64,000 nucleotides of DNA from a virus (taxonomy: Duplodnaviria > Caudoviricetes): the IMG/VR virus record IMGVR_UViG_3300021426_000093, positions 2,572-66,571 of that record; one strand, 5' to 3'. A program made the position numbers and the translations under genes. The notes beneath the pieces are model-generated. The model was not told the origin of the DNA, made no database searches, and saw nothing but the letters and a program-made list of their open reading frames with translations. Below are positions 10,475-24,644 of this stretch, one piece after another (position 1 is the first letter of the stretch; the number at the start of each line of letters is the position of its first letter).

Positions 10475-10495
10475 AATTACCTTAAAATAGTTTGT

Positions 10496-10533
10496 AAAGC
10501 TCGCATATTTTATTAGATATGCGAGCTTTTTTT
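10496..10533 (+). terminator. intrinsic terminator
   Basis: AAAGCTCGCATAT...ATATGCGAGCTTT followed by a T run. Confidence 0.85.
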
Positions 10534-10613
10534 ATCAAAACAAGATAATTTTTATGCTGTCATTTTTACATAAAATAGAAATATTAAAATAAAAGAGGAA
10601 AAGGAGTATTATA

Positions 10614-13600
10614 ATGATAGATTTAACTCAATCATTGCTACAAGCTATTTCTATCATCGCAGATAGATCTGTCGAAGAAATATCCTCTGATAAAACAATT
10701 AAGGCTATAATTAAAAAAAATATAAATACTTCTGAAGGTAAATATCTTATTACTTACAATGATGGAGATTTTTACGCGTATACTCAATCAGGTTCTACTG
10801 ATATATATCAAGCTGGTGAAGAGGTGTATATATTAGTACCAGAAGATGATATGAGCCAGAAAAAATTTATCATTGGAAGGGTTGAAGATAATAAAGATTA
10901 TAGTCTTTCTGAAGTTTTAAACAGTTCTTTGTTAAATGATTATATTATGATTGGTGATAATGCTATCATTGAGAAAGAATATCCTGCCGCAGAGCTTGAT
11001 GAGGATGAAGACTTTCCTGAAAATAGGCTTGATGTTGTAAGGATGCAACCGTTAAAACTTGATTCACATTCTATTCAAAAGTTTCATTATTGCTATTTAC
11101 ATGATCCAAGTATTGTTAATTCAACTGATTATGATACTATTCAAAATAGAGTTGTTGATATTGATGAAGAAGTTTTTAGTAATTCTGCAAAACAAGCAAA
11201 GGCTTTATTAATAAGAAGTAAATTTAAAGCAAATCTTGATACAGATAATATTGGAAATTATGGAATTATTGTAAACATTGCATTCGCAGATGAAACAAAT
11301 CCGCAAGTAGATGATAGTGGAAATGTTACTTATTTACCTAAGTTAGTTGCGTATATTCTTGATACTAGCAAAATGACTGGTAATCCAATGCGTTTTTATG
11401 ATTATGTTTCACAATATACGATTGTACCTTTTGATGGTGAAAAATATCTATATATAGATTCTATTATTGCATTCAGTGAAGGCTTTGTTAATGAAGAGAC
11501 AGACCCTCATGATGAATACGATGATGTTTATATTTATATGGATAATCTTGAAATCATTGCTCTTGATGAGATTTCTGCCGTTAGTGGAGATTATAAATTA
11601 AGACTTATTACTCCAAAAGGAAATACTATCAAGGTTGGCCGCAAAGATGAACTAAAAATTAATGCAATAATGAGTTATTCTAATCAAGATATTACTCAAA
11701 ATACCGTTTTTTATTGAGGAGTAAAAGATTTTTCAGTAACTAGTCTTCATGATGATTATAACTCAAAATTAGGTACTGGGTATAGATGACTTAAAACAGA
11801 GAATAGTAGTGAAATAACATTAACTCCTTCTGATTTAACAGCTCCAGAAAATATTTATGCCTGTGTTGCTGTTTATGAATCAAATATTATTTTAAAAACC
11901 TTTGTTTCATTGTATAACAATAACAATAAAGTTGATATTGAAATTAGTAGTGACCAAGGAACAAGCTTTCAGTTTAATGAAGGAAGACCTACACTAACCT
12001 GTTTAATTAATAAAAAGACAGAAGGATACCAAGAGAATTATCCCGATGATGCTTTTTCTTTTATTTGAAGTAAAGAAGATCCTGATTATGGTATAATATT
12101 ATTAGATAAGAACGAAGAGCTGTTAATAGCAGAGAGAGAAGCTGAAATAGCTCAATGCGACATTAATGAGAATGGTTTAAGTGATGCCGGTCGTTCAAAA
12201 ACAGAAATATTGTCATATTATTCGACACAAATAAATCAAGCTCAAGGCATTCTTTATCCAAGTGGCATTTATGGCCCTAAAATTACTTGTAAATTAAAAA
12301 ATACTAATACATATGTTACTTATTCATGTTCTGTTTATCGAGCGGGTGTATATATAGGATATGGATCTATTACTCTGCAGAACCATAAAGATATTGTTAA
12401 TAATAATTATTATATTGATATTATAAATGGAAATCAAGTATTTCAATATGATGAAGCTGGTATTTCACCGAATAGTCAAAAACAACAGAATCCAATAGAC
12501 GTTCTTGATTTGACGGCAGTATTCCGTAGCCCGCAAGGTGCAGAAGTTACTCCTAGAAGAGTTAGATGGATAATGCCGCAAGGGCAGTCATTAATTAATA
12601 TTCCTTCTCTTGGATTAGAAACAGATATTGAAACAGGAGATAGATATTTTGAGGGAAGTATTTTCCCTTTAAGTATTAAAGATATTTATGATAGTAATTG
12701 TAATGATAATCAAGTAATTGCTGTTGTTACTCATGCCGATGGAACAGAATATCGTCAGAGTAGTAATTTATTGTTTACAAAAGTTGGTGAAATTGGTACA
12801 AATGGTACTGATATAGTCTTAAAAATTAATGAGAAAATTACACCTCCAATTGATGAATGTTTAACAATAATAAAATCTGATGGAAATTATTTCTATAATG
12901 AATACGATAATTCTACAAATACATACACTAATATTAATAGAGAAGTTTTAGAAGCTGATTTATATACAAATAATTTTAAAACTTTGGGTTATACTACTCA
13001 ATGGACAATTGCAGATAAATCTGGAGTAGGATGTAATTACGTTGTAGAAAGTAATTTAAATAATAATACTTGTAAAATTTCTTATAATAATCCATCTTTA
13101 TCTAATTTATTAGATACTCGTATTATTAAAGCTCAAACAAGTTTAAATGGTAAATATCTCTATAATTTTTATGGAATGCCTGCGATTGAATATAATTCTG
13201 GATATACTTATAATGAATATCCTATAAAGATTATACGACAAGATACTTTAAAAAATATTCTTTATGATTCTAATGGAACTAATCCTTCATATAATGAAAA
13301 TCAAGGCATCCATGTAGAATTTCCTAATTGAAATGTTACTGGGTACTTAGAATGAGCGGTTGAAAGTGGTATAAAAACAGACGGCGAATATGAAAATCCT
13401 AATTTGCTACTTTCTAGAAGTCCTAAATCTAAGACAGGATCTAAAGAATTAAATGCATCTTCTGATATTTCAGATATTGAAGCTTTTATTTTAGAAATTC
13501 AAGATATGAACCAAACATGCTTAGAAAATTCTAGTGGTAATATTAAAAATTATATTAATCAATTTTTAATAGATGTTGAAGAGATTGCTTTAGATAATTT

Positions 13601-16600
13601 ACTGCCAACTTTAATTAAGATAGATAATTTAGAAAAACGGATTAATGTTTTTAAAAATAAAACTCCTGATAAAAAGAATATTTATATTCAAACAATATAT
13701 GAAGGATATACAGATTTACTTGAACAGATTAAAACTGAATGTCAATCTTGTAAAAATTTAAATGAAAAATATACTAAAATTTATGATAAAATTCAAAAAA
13801 TATGGAATAGTGAATGGCCTAGTGTTATTACAAGTACAAGATTAAATATAAATAGTGTTAATCCGTATAATATAAAAAATATACAAGAATTAATCCAAGT
13901 ATATCAAAAAGCATATGATGATCGTTCTAATAATAGCAATAATGCGGTTCAAGTTCCTATTAGATCAGTTCTTTTTAAAGATAATTTTAATACATTAATT
14001 GGAAATGAATTAAATAAAAATGATGAAGATACGGCAACAGGCTTTGATAAATGCTATATAAGATATTGTAATTCTCATGGTATAGTTGATACATTTGATC
14101 CAGTTTTAGTTGAATATGCTAAAATTTTAATAACATATCTTTTTATATTAATAGATGAAACTCAAAAAAGTTTTGGCGAAGATGATGATGTTATTAAAAA
14201 TAAGTATAGTTTTATTTATGACGATTGAAATATTTTAAGTCCGGAAGGATTTGAAGCTATAGGTAAAAATATTTATGATATTATTCTTAATGCTGATAGT
14301 GCTGCAGCAGGGGTCTATGATAATATCCGAAGTTTATATCAATATTATCAATCTTTGTATATAAATATTAAAAAATATCAAATAGCAGAAGATTCTGAAA
14401 CTTTTAATGTTTGAATTTCAATTTTGAATGGAGAAGCACCTAACCTATTAAAACAAATTTATATTGTTCCAAATGATACTTTTAATGGTTTATATATGAA
14501 CAATAATGTTGTTGGTACAGTATTTATTGAAGAAGATAGTTCTAAAGTTCAAATTGCTAAAATATATATTCCAATTATAATGACACTTAATACCTATGAA
14601 TTACCAGCTTTAAATGGATGAGATGGTACTTCCGTGGATATTGGTGAAGATCATATTATGACTCCACAAATTGGTGCTGGTATAAAAGATTCTACAACGA
14701 ATACTTTTACTGGTATGGTTATGGGTGTAGTTGGTAATGAAAGTACAGATACGAATAATTTAAAAGGTAAAATTGATAAAACAAAAAAAGTTGGTTTAAT
14801 TGGATACTCAGATGGAAAACAATCTTTGTTTATTGATTCTAAAACTGGAAAAGCTTGTTTTGGATTACCTGAAAGTGATGATGGAACAAATGAAGGCCGG
14901 ATCGAATTAGTTCCTGGTGGTATTAGTAAAATAGGAAATTGAAAAATAGGGAGTCACTTTTTATATAATATCGTTGATGGCAGTTATGAACAACGAGTAG
15001 ATACTATATCTCGAAATAATGATAAAAAATTAATGATTCCGCATGATAAACATGGTATTATTCTTAGTTCTGAAAAACCTTATATTCATATAAAAGGTGA
15101 AGTTTATGAAAATAATAACTTAAAAGATATTGATTATGCTGATGAATATAATAATATTAATGTTGGAGATAGTCTTGAATTAAGATTAGATCCAGGTAAT
15201 GATTCATTATTCTCTATTGTTCAACATACTATTGGTTTTGGAGATGAAGATAATAGTAGTTTATTGTTTGGATATAAATCAAATGGTTCAGATAGTAATC
15301 CAAGTAATAATACTACAATAAAAGATTATATTGTTAATAAAAACTTTGGTTCACAAGGAACACCACAAATTGGTGAAGGCGTAGAATATCATATTTATAA
15401 ATTAGATACTGACAATGTCGGAAAATATAAAGCTTATTATCAAAAAGATAGTGGGTCGGCGATAACTAAAAATTCATTTTCTGAGAGTTTTACGATATTA
15501 AATACTATTAAATATTTATCCAGCAGTATTACAGAAACTAATTTTAAAAGAACAATTGATCCTAACCCTGTTTTTAAAATTGATACAATAAATGGGATTA
15601 TTACATATAATCCAGATAATCTAGCTTGAAATAGTGATAATGAACAATGACAAAGTGTTACTCGTTATACTCCTTTCGTTTCTGATAGTTTTAATATTGG
15701 TTTAAACTATAGTCAAGAAAATAATAAAGGTGATTTTAATATAAAAATAGGAAATATTACTAATTCTACTGGTTATAAGATTAGGAAAATATCTTTTGGT
15801 TATTCTTTAAAGTGTGAATTGGAGAATATTGAATTTATAGATTCTGAAAATACCTATATTCAATTTTATGTTTGTGTTAATGATTCAGACAATATTAATA
15901 GTAATAATGTTAAATTAATATCAAATAAAATTAATATTTGAGATAATTATAAAAATATTTCTTCTTCTTCTGTTGAATTATTTTCTAATAATGAAGGATA
16001 TTTAGCTAATGGAAGTTCCTATAAATTAAAAGCAAGAATATATACTGAAAATTATGCTATTAATGCAAATTGTTCATATCAAGTAAATCGAACAGCAACA
16101 ACTGTTAAAGAATTGTCAATAACACCAGAGTATGGAAGCGTTAATGTTGTTGCATCTACAATAGAAAAAACTTTTAAGAAAAACAATATTGGTAGTGATT
16201 GAGGAAGTTATAAAGTTGATACTAGCGGGAGGCTTTGAGTAAAACTTATAGAATCTAATTCATCTAATCCAACAGAATATGACATTATTGTTTGAAAAAA
16301 ATCTCTTAATTCTCCTGTTTATGGTGGTAGAATACGTGAAGATGGTGCTTGAGTAAATTTTAAAGGTGAAGATGGTAGTAATTATGATAAGGGTTATGTA
16401 ACTTTAGATCCAAAACCGTCTTCTTCAGTTAATGACTGGTATGTAAGTTTTTATGCTCCAGGGACTTTTATGATACAAAATACTGAATATACTTCAGATA
16501 TTACGACACAAATAACGTATGATTTTATTTCTCCTTTATTTAAAAATTCTGTAACTTATGGTATTAAATTTGGTGATTATAGCTCTATTAATTTTTCTTA

Positions 16601-18368
16601 TGGATTAAAAATAACTAATCTTAGTATTCAAAACATATATGGTTTTTCTCCAATCAGTATTAATGAAGACGTACTTTGTGTAGAAAGCACTGTAAATAAT
16701 TATAATTTACAAGGTATTAGATATGCTTTAACTTATTGGAAAAATGATCAACAAAGAATTAGGTTTTATAGTTCTTATTATATTTATGTAAACAATAATA
16801 CTGATGTTAAAGCACAATATGGGTTTATTGATATTAATAATAATAATGGAACATATTATAAATATATAAAAACATTAAAAAAACAAAATGTTAATACTTG
16901 ATTTAATACTCTTTCTAATGTAAATATTTCAGGATTTATCCATAGTGAAAATTATAAAAAAATAAATAATATAGATATTTATGATTGAGTAGATGTTCCT
17001 GTAAAAAGTTGTAATAATATCCTTAACTGAAAAGAATTCATTCGAGTTGGATTAGATGAAAACGGTCGTTTTTATACTGCTGGTTTACAAGATAAAAAAA
17101 CTTATAGCCGTACTGGAAGAATTTTTAGTTTTGGCAAAGTTGCTGATTTATATGGTCAAGAAATTAGAACTTTAACTTCTAATAATAATTATACTCCTAT
17201 TATAAAAATATTTTCAAAAATAAAAAATAATTTAGAAGAAACTACCTATATTACAAAAGGTAAAAATGATAATGGTAGTATTAGTATTAGAACTGCTGGA
17301 AATGGAAATAATCATTTTGTTGAATTAGGAGCAAGTCAAAATTTTGAGAATGAAACAGGTTCTATTCCTGAAGTACAGAATTTTGTTAGAGTTAGTTATA
17401 ATAAAGGCGTACAAATTCAAACAATTAATACAAGTACAAATCCTGAAGGAATAAATAGTATTAATTTAACAAATACTGGTTTATCTATAGAAACACCTAC
17501 AATAAAAATTTCATCTAATAATATTCAACATCAGTTTTCAAAAAATTATACTTGAACTAGAACTCCTTATTTGATTATTTCTTCAGATACATCATATTCT
17601 TCTCCTGATGGAGCCTATAGTGGAAATACTAAAAGTGGACAATTTAGAATTAGCGCTTCAAAAGTTGTTGATAGTAGTCATCCAGCTAGAATAGATTTAC
17701 AAATAGGTGAAGAAGCTAAAATTAGAATTCTTTCCAATCAAATTCAATTAAAAACAAATGATAGCCGTTATATTTTAATTAATAATAATAATTCTGATGG
17801 GACGGGTTTAGGTAAATTTGCAATAGAAGATATGATGTTACAATTTAATAATAAAACTCTTACTTTAAAAAATAAAAATAGTTTTATTTCAATTCAGCCA
17901 AATTCTTCTGGTAGTTCTGATTATTCTATTTCAATATCTTCTAATTTAGGTGGAAAAATAAATTTAACAAATAAAGTAACAGTTTTAGGTTCTGGCGGTT
18001 TTACTGTTTCTGCTGGACCAACCGTTTTACAAAAAGAGTTAGAGGTAAAAAGCAACGCTTATATGTTACAAGATTTACATATAGGATATAAACCTGGTAA
18101 TAATAAATCAAGTAAACAAAAAATTTATTTATATAAAAATGAAAATAAAAATTATGTACGTTTTTCTGCAGATGATTTAGAAAAGATTTTTAGTTGATTC
18201 AACAATAATCGTTGGGCAATTGGATATTGTGAAGAGGATAATACTTTATATTTGAAAAATGTAATAAATGAGTCTAGTCTTGAAGGAGCATATGATACTA
18301 AGAGTAAAAAATATAATTTTTCTTCTTCAATTCAAATATCTAAAGATTATACAGGTACTAGCTATTAG
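10614..18368 (+). CDS. large virion structural (tail/baseplate) protein, 2584 aa in code 4
   Basis: Eight track ORFs from 10614 to 17571 share one frame. I read the gaps and found only TGA; the first TAA/TAG is the TAG at 18366, followed by SD AGGAGG and the next ATG. Confidence 0.8.
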
Positions 18369-18379
18369 GAGGCTTTTAA

Positions 18380-20221
18380 ATGACAACAACTTTAAATACT
18401 TTATATCCACCTCAACTAGAAACTTTTATGCCTTCTTTTCGTTATGACAAACCTGCTAAGATATGGTTTAAAATATCCTCTTATGATGAAACAAAAATAT
18501 CATTAATTCAGTATATTCATGTTTCTATGGTTGATCAGCGTACTAATCAAAATGTATTTGCGGGTATGAATAATGATAATGTTGCATACCCGCAATATTA
18601 TCCTGTAAAATTTTATCCAGATAATACTGATGGAGCTAATGGTGATATAAGAACAGGTTATGATAATGATAAAGAAATGTATTGAGTAAGTATTCCTCCC
18701 AGAGTATTAAAAACGAATGTTCCGCTTAAATCTGGAAAAACGGCGGTATATAATACTAAACAATATTATAAAGTACAGTTACGTTTTGATTTAACTGGAA
18801 GTGCTGGTTATTCGGCGAATGATGGATATATAGATCCTACTTCATATTTTTCTTGAAGTGGTTCTAAAGCAAATGCTTTAAAATTGGCTGGATATACTAA
18901 TGCAAATGAAAATAATTTTTCTGAATGATCTACAGGAACTTTAATTAAACCGATTCTTATTCCTGAATTAACTATTCAAGGATTTTCAGATAGTGATGTA
19001 AATAATATAAAGCCTAATACTGATACATTAATTTCTGGGTCTTTAAAATTTGTTAGAGTCTCTGATGATACAACTCATACGGATAATGAAAAATTATCTT
19101 GATATCAAATTAAAATAATGAAAAATTCAATAGTATATTATGATACTGATAAAATGTATTCTGACAATGGTAAAAAATATTATTGTAGAATTGATACTTC
19201 AATGTTATCAGAATCAAACAATAATTATAAAATGCAGTTTACTTATGAAACAGATCATGGTTATACTCAAACAGTTTCATATACTGTTGCGATAGAAGGA
19301 TATGGTAATAATCAAACAAATGAAACTTATAAAATTACTACAGACGAAGAAAATGGTAGCGTTATTCTTGATATTGTAAAAACGAATCATCCAAAAGGCT
19401 CTACTTTAACGATTAGACGATCTTCACATCGTTCTAATTTTACAAAATGAGATTTAATATATGCTTGTAAATTTCCAGTAGCAGAAAAATCTATTGTAAT
19501 TGAAGATACTACTATAGAAAGTATGACTGGTTATCGTTATCAAATTCAATATGTTAATGGAAATACAATATATGCGCCGCAACGAACAGAGATTATACGG
19601 TGTGATTTTTATGGAGGATTTTTTTCAGATAGTGAAAGGATGTTAAGAGTAAGTTTTGATCTTGAATTGTCAAACAGAGCGAATGCAGTAAATCGTACAA
19701 AAACAGATACTCTTGGTGGACGATATCCAATTTTTACTCAAAATTCTAAATTAAAATATCATACTTATAGTATAAGCGGTCGTATTTCAACTGAAGATAA
19801 TGGAGAACTATTTTTATCAAAACAAGAATTATTTGGGCTTTCATCTGACTCTAATTCATACTATAATTATATGTATAATGTTAATGAAGTTACTAGTACT
19901 GATACATCAATTTTTGGTGGAAAATCTGGTTCATCAACATCAGTTTCAACTAAGAGAATCCAACCTAATAATGATTGATTATATGAGCGCGAATATCGAG
20001 ATGCTGCTGAAGAATGATTAAACAATGGTAAACCAAAATTGTTTAGATCAATGACAGAAGGCAATATGATTGTTATGTTAGATGGCGTTAGTATGACTCC
20101 AGATACTGCACTTGGCCGCAGGTTATATAGTTTTAGTGCGACCATGTATGAAATAGGCGATGGAAAAAATTTAGACTCTATTGCTTCTTTTGGATTATTT
20201 AATATTATTGATCAACGCTAA
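18380..20221 (+). CDS. virion structural protein, 613 aa in code 4
   Basis: Four in-frame fragments joined by TGA (e.g. NFSE[TGA]STGTLIKPI); ends in TAA. Confidence 0.8.
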
Positions 20222-20239
20222 TTTTACTAAGGAGAAATA

Positions 20240-23200
20240 ATGAAAAAACAATATCCTTATTCTAATAATATAGAATTTCTTAGTAAATTAGATGTATTCC
20301 ATGTGCGAGAACAATGAGTAAAAATTACTTTACTTGAATATCGTGATGAAACTCCTATAAGAGATATTGAAGGAGAAATTATAGATGGAACTCTCACAAA
20401 AGATGGGAGTTCCATTATTCGTCGTACTTGTAGTTTAAGTTGTGCGGTTGATAGTTTTAAGTATAACCCAGACGATATAAAATCTGATTATTCTATCTCT
20501 AAAAAAATATATCTTGAATTAGGTATAACAAATAATACTACGGATTATCCTGATGAAAAGATCATTTGATTTCCTCAAGGAGTCTTTTTTATTACAAGCT
20601 TTTCAATTTCGTCCTCTGCTAATGGTGCAACAAATATCAGTTTAGAATTTAAAGATAAAATGGCAAAATTAGATGGTACTATTGGAGGTATTTTGCCGTA
20701 TGTTGTTAGATTTGATACCACTACGACAGTAGAAAATGATGTCGTCACCACTACTAAGGCTTTAGTATATGACATTATAATGGAAACAGTGAATCATTTC
20801 GGTGATGAAGATATTTCAAATATTATTATTGACGATGTTCCAAGAAAAGCTAAGAGAATTATTCGATGAATGGGTGCTGAATCATTATGAATTTATCCTA
20901 TATCGAATAAAGGAAAAATATCTTATGATGTTTGTTTTACTTCTGACCTTGATGAAAAACAAGGCGCACATCACCCTGTTTTAATTAATAATAAATATGT
21001 CGGAGCAAAAGAATATAGAACAAATGAAGATATAGGATATGTTTATGAAGATTTTGTCTATGATGAAGAATTAACCTTTAAAGCTGGGTCTAAGGTTACT
21101 GATGTATTAGATAAAATTAAAAATTGATTAGGAAATTATGAGTATTTTTATGATGAATATGGGCAATTTCATTTTCAAGAAATAAAAAATTATTTAAATA
21201 ATTCTCAATCTGCTCATATATGAGATAAAATTCAAGATACAGGAGATATTGATTATTTATTTGAATCCACGCATGGAAAATCTATTTATACTTTTGACGA
21301 TAATACTAATTTAATTAGTGTTACAAATACTCCTTCTTATGAAAATATAAAAAATGATTTTATTGTAGAAGGTACTGTTACAAGCAAGAATAATATAAAA
21401 CATACTTGTCTTTATCATTTGGTTATTGATGATAAACCAACAATGACAGGAGGACATAATAATGTTTTAATATATGTAGATCCTGATACGGGTAATACGA
21501 CTCTTGCAACACCTAAAATAATAAAGCCAACGCTTAAAAATAATAAATATGTTTGATCATTACCAGAGTTCGGAGAGAGCTCACGAATTTATGGGTTGCT
21601 TGAAGAACCTCAAACTCATACTTTTAAAAAGGTATTAAAAAATGTAAATGAATTTGAAACAGAATATAATAGCTTTGTTAATAAAGAAAATAAAGCTATT
21701 AATGAAGATAACAATTATTCATTATCAGCAGATACAAAAACTTGATTGCTTGCTCTTTTAGAAAAATATATGGGATATAATGATAATAGTACTTATAAAG
21801 AACAATATAAAGATGTTGTTTTTACTCTAGCAAGACAATTGCGGAGATATAATGTTTCAAAACAAGTTCCATTATTATCATCAACAAAAAGATATTATAC
21901 AACTTTATACAATAATTTTGTAGTAGGTATATCATCTAGAGGAACAAGTTTATCTTGATGCGGAGGACTATTAAAGCTATTATATGATTTATTTGCTGAA
22001 ATCGGTAATGACCCAAATGATTATAACAATTTTATAGATACAGAATATTGACCAGCAATTAATAAGAAAATTCCAAACTTGTGAAATGGAATTAATATTG
22101 CCGGTCATACTGATTCATATATAAAATTACAAAGACAAAGTCAGTGTAGACAATACATAAATGACGTTAAAATAAAACAAATACAATTAAAAGTTTTAAT
22201 TGAACAATATACTCAAATAATTAATAATTATAATGTTCGTATTTCATCACTGACAAAGAAAAAAGCAGATACAAGTGCAGCTATTGCTGCAAAAAAAGTT
22301 ATTCAGAATCAAATAAACAATTTTAAAGAAGAACTTGAGATTTGCGGCAAACGCTTAACCATATTGTATGCGACTCTTACAATGTTAGGAACACCAGATG
22401 CGACTGGTGGTGAAGTATATTATCGTATTAATGTCTCTATTCCTGTTTATACAAGTTCTTTTTGATATTATGACACAGATAAAAAATCAAATAAATATGG
22501 TTGGAATGAATTAATTTGATTTAAATATTATCATAATAAAACATCTCCTACATCCTATTATCCGAACGGACTCGGATCAATGACTTATATTAATTATTCA
22601 GATATTGATTGAGAAGAAATCGAGTTTGATGGAAATAATCGTCCTTCAATGAATCGATATTCCTCATGGTATGAAAATAATTATATTGATTATGCAAAAA
22701 CTCATGATTTAGAATATATTGATACAGATGTTGTCGATGATGAATATATTCCTAATAGTTGAAGAACACAATTATTATTAATGGGGTTAGAAGCTGAAGC
22801 CAATGGAACCGATCCTGGACATTATTATAATGAATTAAAAGCTAATTTACCAGTAGTTTATAATTATAAAACAGGAACACTTATAGCTAGTAGAGTTGAC
22901 TTTATTAATTATTTTAATAATGCAAATGCGGTTATTACTTCAAACAACTTTTCTTTTTCAGACAGTAAAGCACAAGCTGCAGCAGATAAAGCAGAATTTA
23001 CAATAAAAGCGGTGGCTAAAATACAAGACGAAATGGCTAAATATGAAAACGATCATTATTATTATTTCTTTGATATGATTGATAGCTCTTCACCGATATG
23101 AGGAGAATATAGTGTAAAAAACATAGGACGTCGCACAAACATTACTTCTAAAGATAGTATCAATTGTATCTTCGCCCCAGAGATTCCTCCTTTTGCTTTT

Positions 23201-23557
23201 TTAAATGTTAGTGGAAAAACAATACAAAAAAGAAGAGCAGAATATGCTGAATTAGCTGATGTTGCAGAAGATATTATTCAAGTAACAGACCTTTATTACA
23301 GTAATTTTGCTACAGGAGGATTTAAACAATCTGCTTATGAACAAATTAAATATGATTTACAACAGCATACTTCTTATCAAAATAATATTAGCATAACCGC
23401 AATTCCTTGTTTTTATCTTGAACCAAATACGAGAGTTACTTTAAATGACCATGCAACAAATACTTTCGGTGATTATGTTATTAAATCAATTTCTATTCCT
23501 CTTGGAATAGGAAATAATATGTCTGTAAATTTATCCAAAGCGATGGAACGAATTTAA
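20240..23557 (+). CDS. baseplate hub/tail protein (DUF5048-like by recollection), 1105 aa in code 4
   Basis: SD AAGGAG. Frame continuous through TGA: VREQ[W]VKITLLE[W], KII[W]FPQGVFFIT, KIKN[W]LGNYEYFYDEYGQFHFQEIKNYLN. The C-terminus LEPNTRVTL...DYVIKSISIPL is typical of phage hub proteins. Confidence 0.75.
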
Positions 23558-23566
23558 GGGGGTACT

Positions 23567-23848
23567 ATGGACATAGCTACTATTAGTATTCTTACCGTTA
23601 TAATTGGATGTATCCTAGGATTAGCTGAATGAATACGAGTTACTAAAAATGATGCTGGTATATTATCTGCTAAGATACATACTTTAGAGACACAATTTAA
23701 TCGTTTACAAGAAAATTTTTATGAATTAAAGCATGATGAAAAAAATGTTGAAGCTATTGTCCAAAAGGCTCTTGAAGAAAAAATTGTAAATGAAAAAATA
23801 TTAGCTTTATTACAAGAATATTATAATGATGTTTCAAATATAAATTAA
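23567..23848 (+). CDS. small membrane protein, XhlA/holin-like (93 aa; TGA=Trp22)
   Basis: One N-terminal TM helix followed by a coiled coil; paralogue of 23962..24255. Confidence 0.6.
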
Positions 23849-23961
23849 TTAATTATTGAGAAATATTTTAATAAAATAACAAAAAATAATAATTAAATAA
23901 TAATAGAAATTATATATATTGGAGAAAAATATAAAATAATAGCTTAAGGAGTTAATAGTAA

Positions 23962-24255
23962 ATGGATGTAGGTACAATTTCTATTATTATAGCTATTATT
24001 GGTTGTTTAGTTGGTGCAGCTGGATGATTACGAAATGCTCGTACAGATGCAAGTCAACAAAAAGGTGTTGAATCAGAAATTAAAACTAAACTTGATTTTA
24101 TGTCGAATGACATTAAAGAAGTTAAGGTTGATATAAGATCTTTTAGTCGTGATTTACAGGATGTGCGAACAATAGCTATTTCCGCGGAAGCTGAAGCTAA
24201 ACGAGCCAATACTAGAATAGATAATTTAATTGAAAAAAGAGATAAAGGGGAGTAA
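23962..24255 (+). CDS. small membrane protein, XhlA/holin-like (97 aa; TGA=Trp22)
   Basis: MDVGTISIIIAIIGCLVGAAG[TGA]LRNARTD...KLDFMSNDIKEVKVDI; SD AAGGAG. Confidence 0.65.
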
Positions 24256-24257
24256 AG

Positions 24258-24422
24258 ATGGATACAGAATTGAACCCCGTTTCATATCTTACTATAAATG
24301 ATGAAACTCGTGAAATAGTAGACCAAAATGGTCGTGATCAAATTAATTTATTACAAGCTCAAATTAATTATATTGCTACAGAATTAAATATTGACCTTTC
24401 AGCCGTGTCTTTAGAAAATTAA
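24258..24422 (+). CDS. small protein (54 aa) resembling the N-terminus of the tail fibre at 33625
   Basis: PVSYLTINDETREI versus TVSYLTINDETKEI. Confidence 0.6.
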   Translation: MDTELNPVSYLTINDETREIVDQNGRDQINLLQAQINYIATELNIDLSAVSLEN

Positions 24423-24431
24423 ATTTTATTT

Positions 24432-24465
24432 AAGAGAGTTCTTTATTAGAACTCTCTTTTTTTTT
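24432..24465 (+). terminator. intrinsic terminator
   Basis: AAGAGAGTTCT...AGAACTCTCTT followed by a T run. Confidence 0.85.
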
Positions 24466-24644
24466 ATTTATTCAAAAGATAATAATATGTATAGTCTAAT
24501 TTTTAAATATTATAGGTGTATTTCACCTGGAATTCCTATTTTATTTGTTATACGTATAAGAGATAAAGGAGTGGATGTTCTTGAAAAAGATACAATATAA
24601 TCATGGAGAACACCAATATCAGTTGTGAGGAGGTGTAAGAATCT

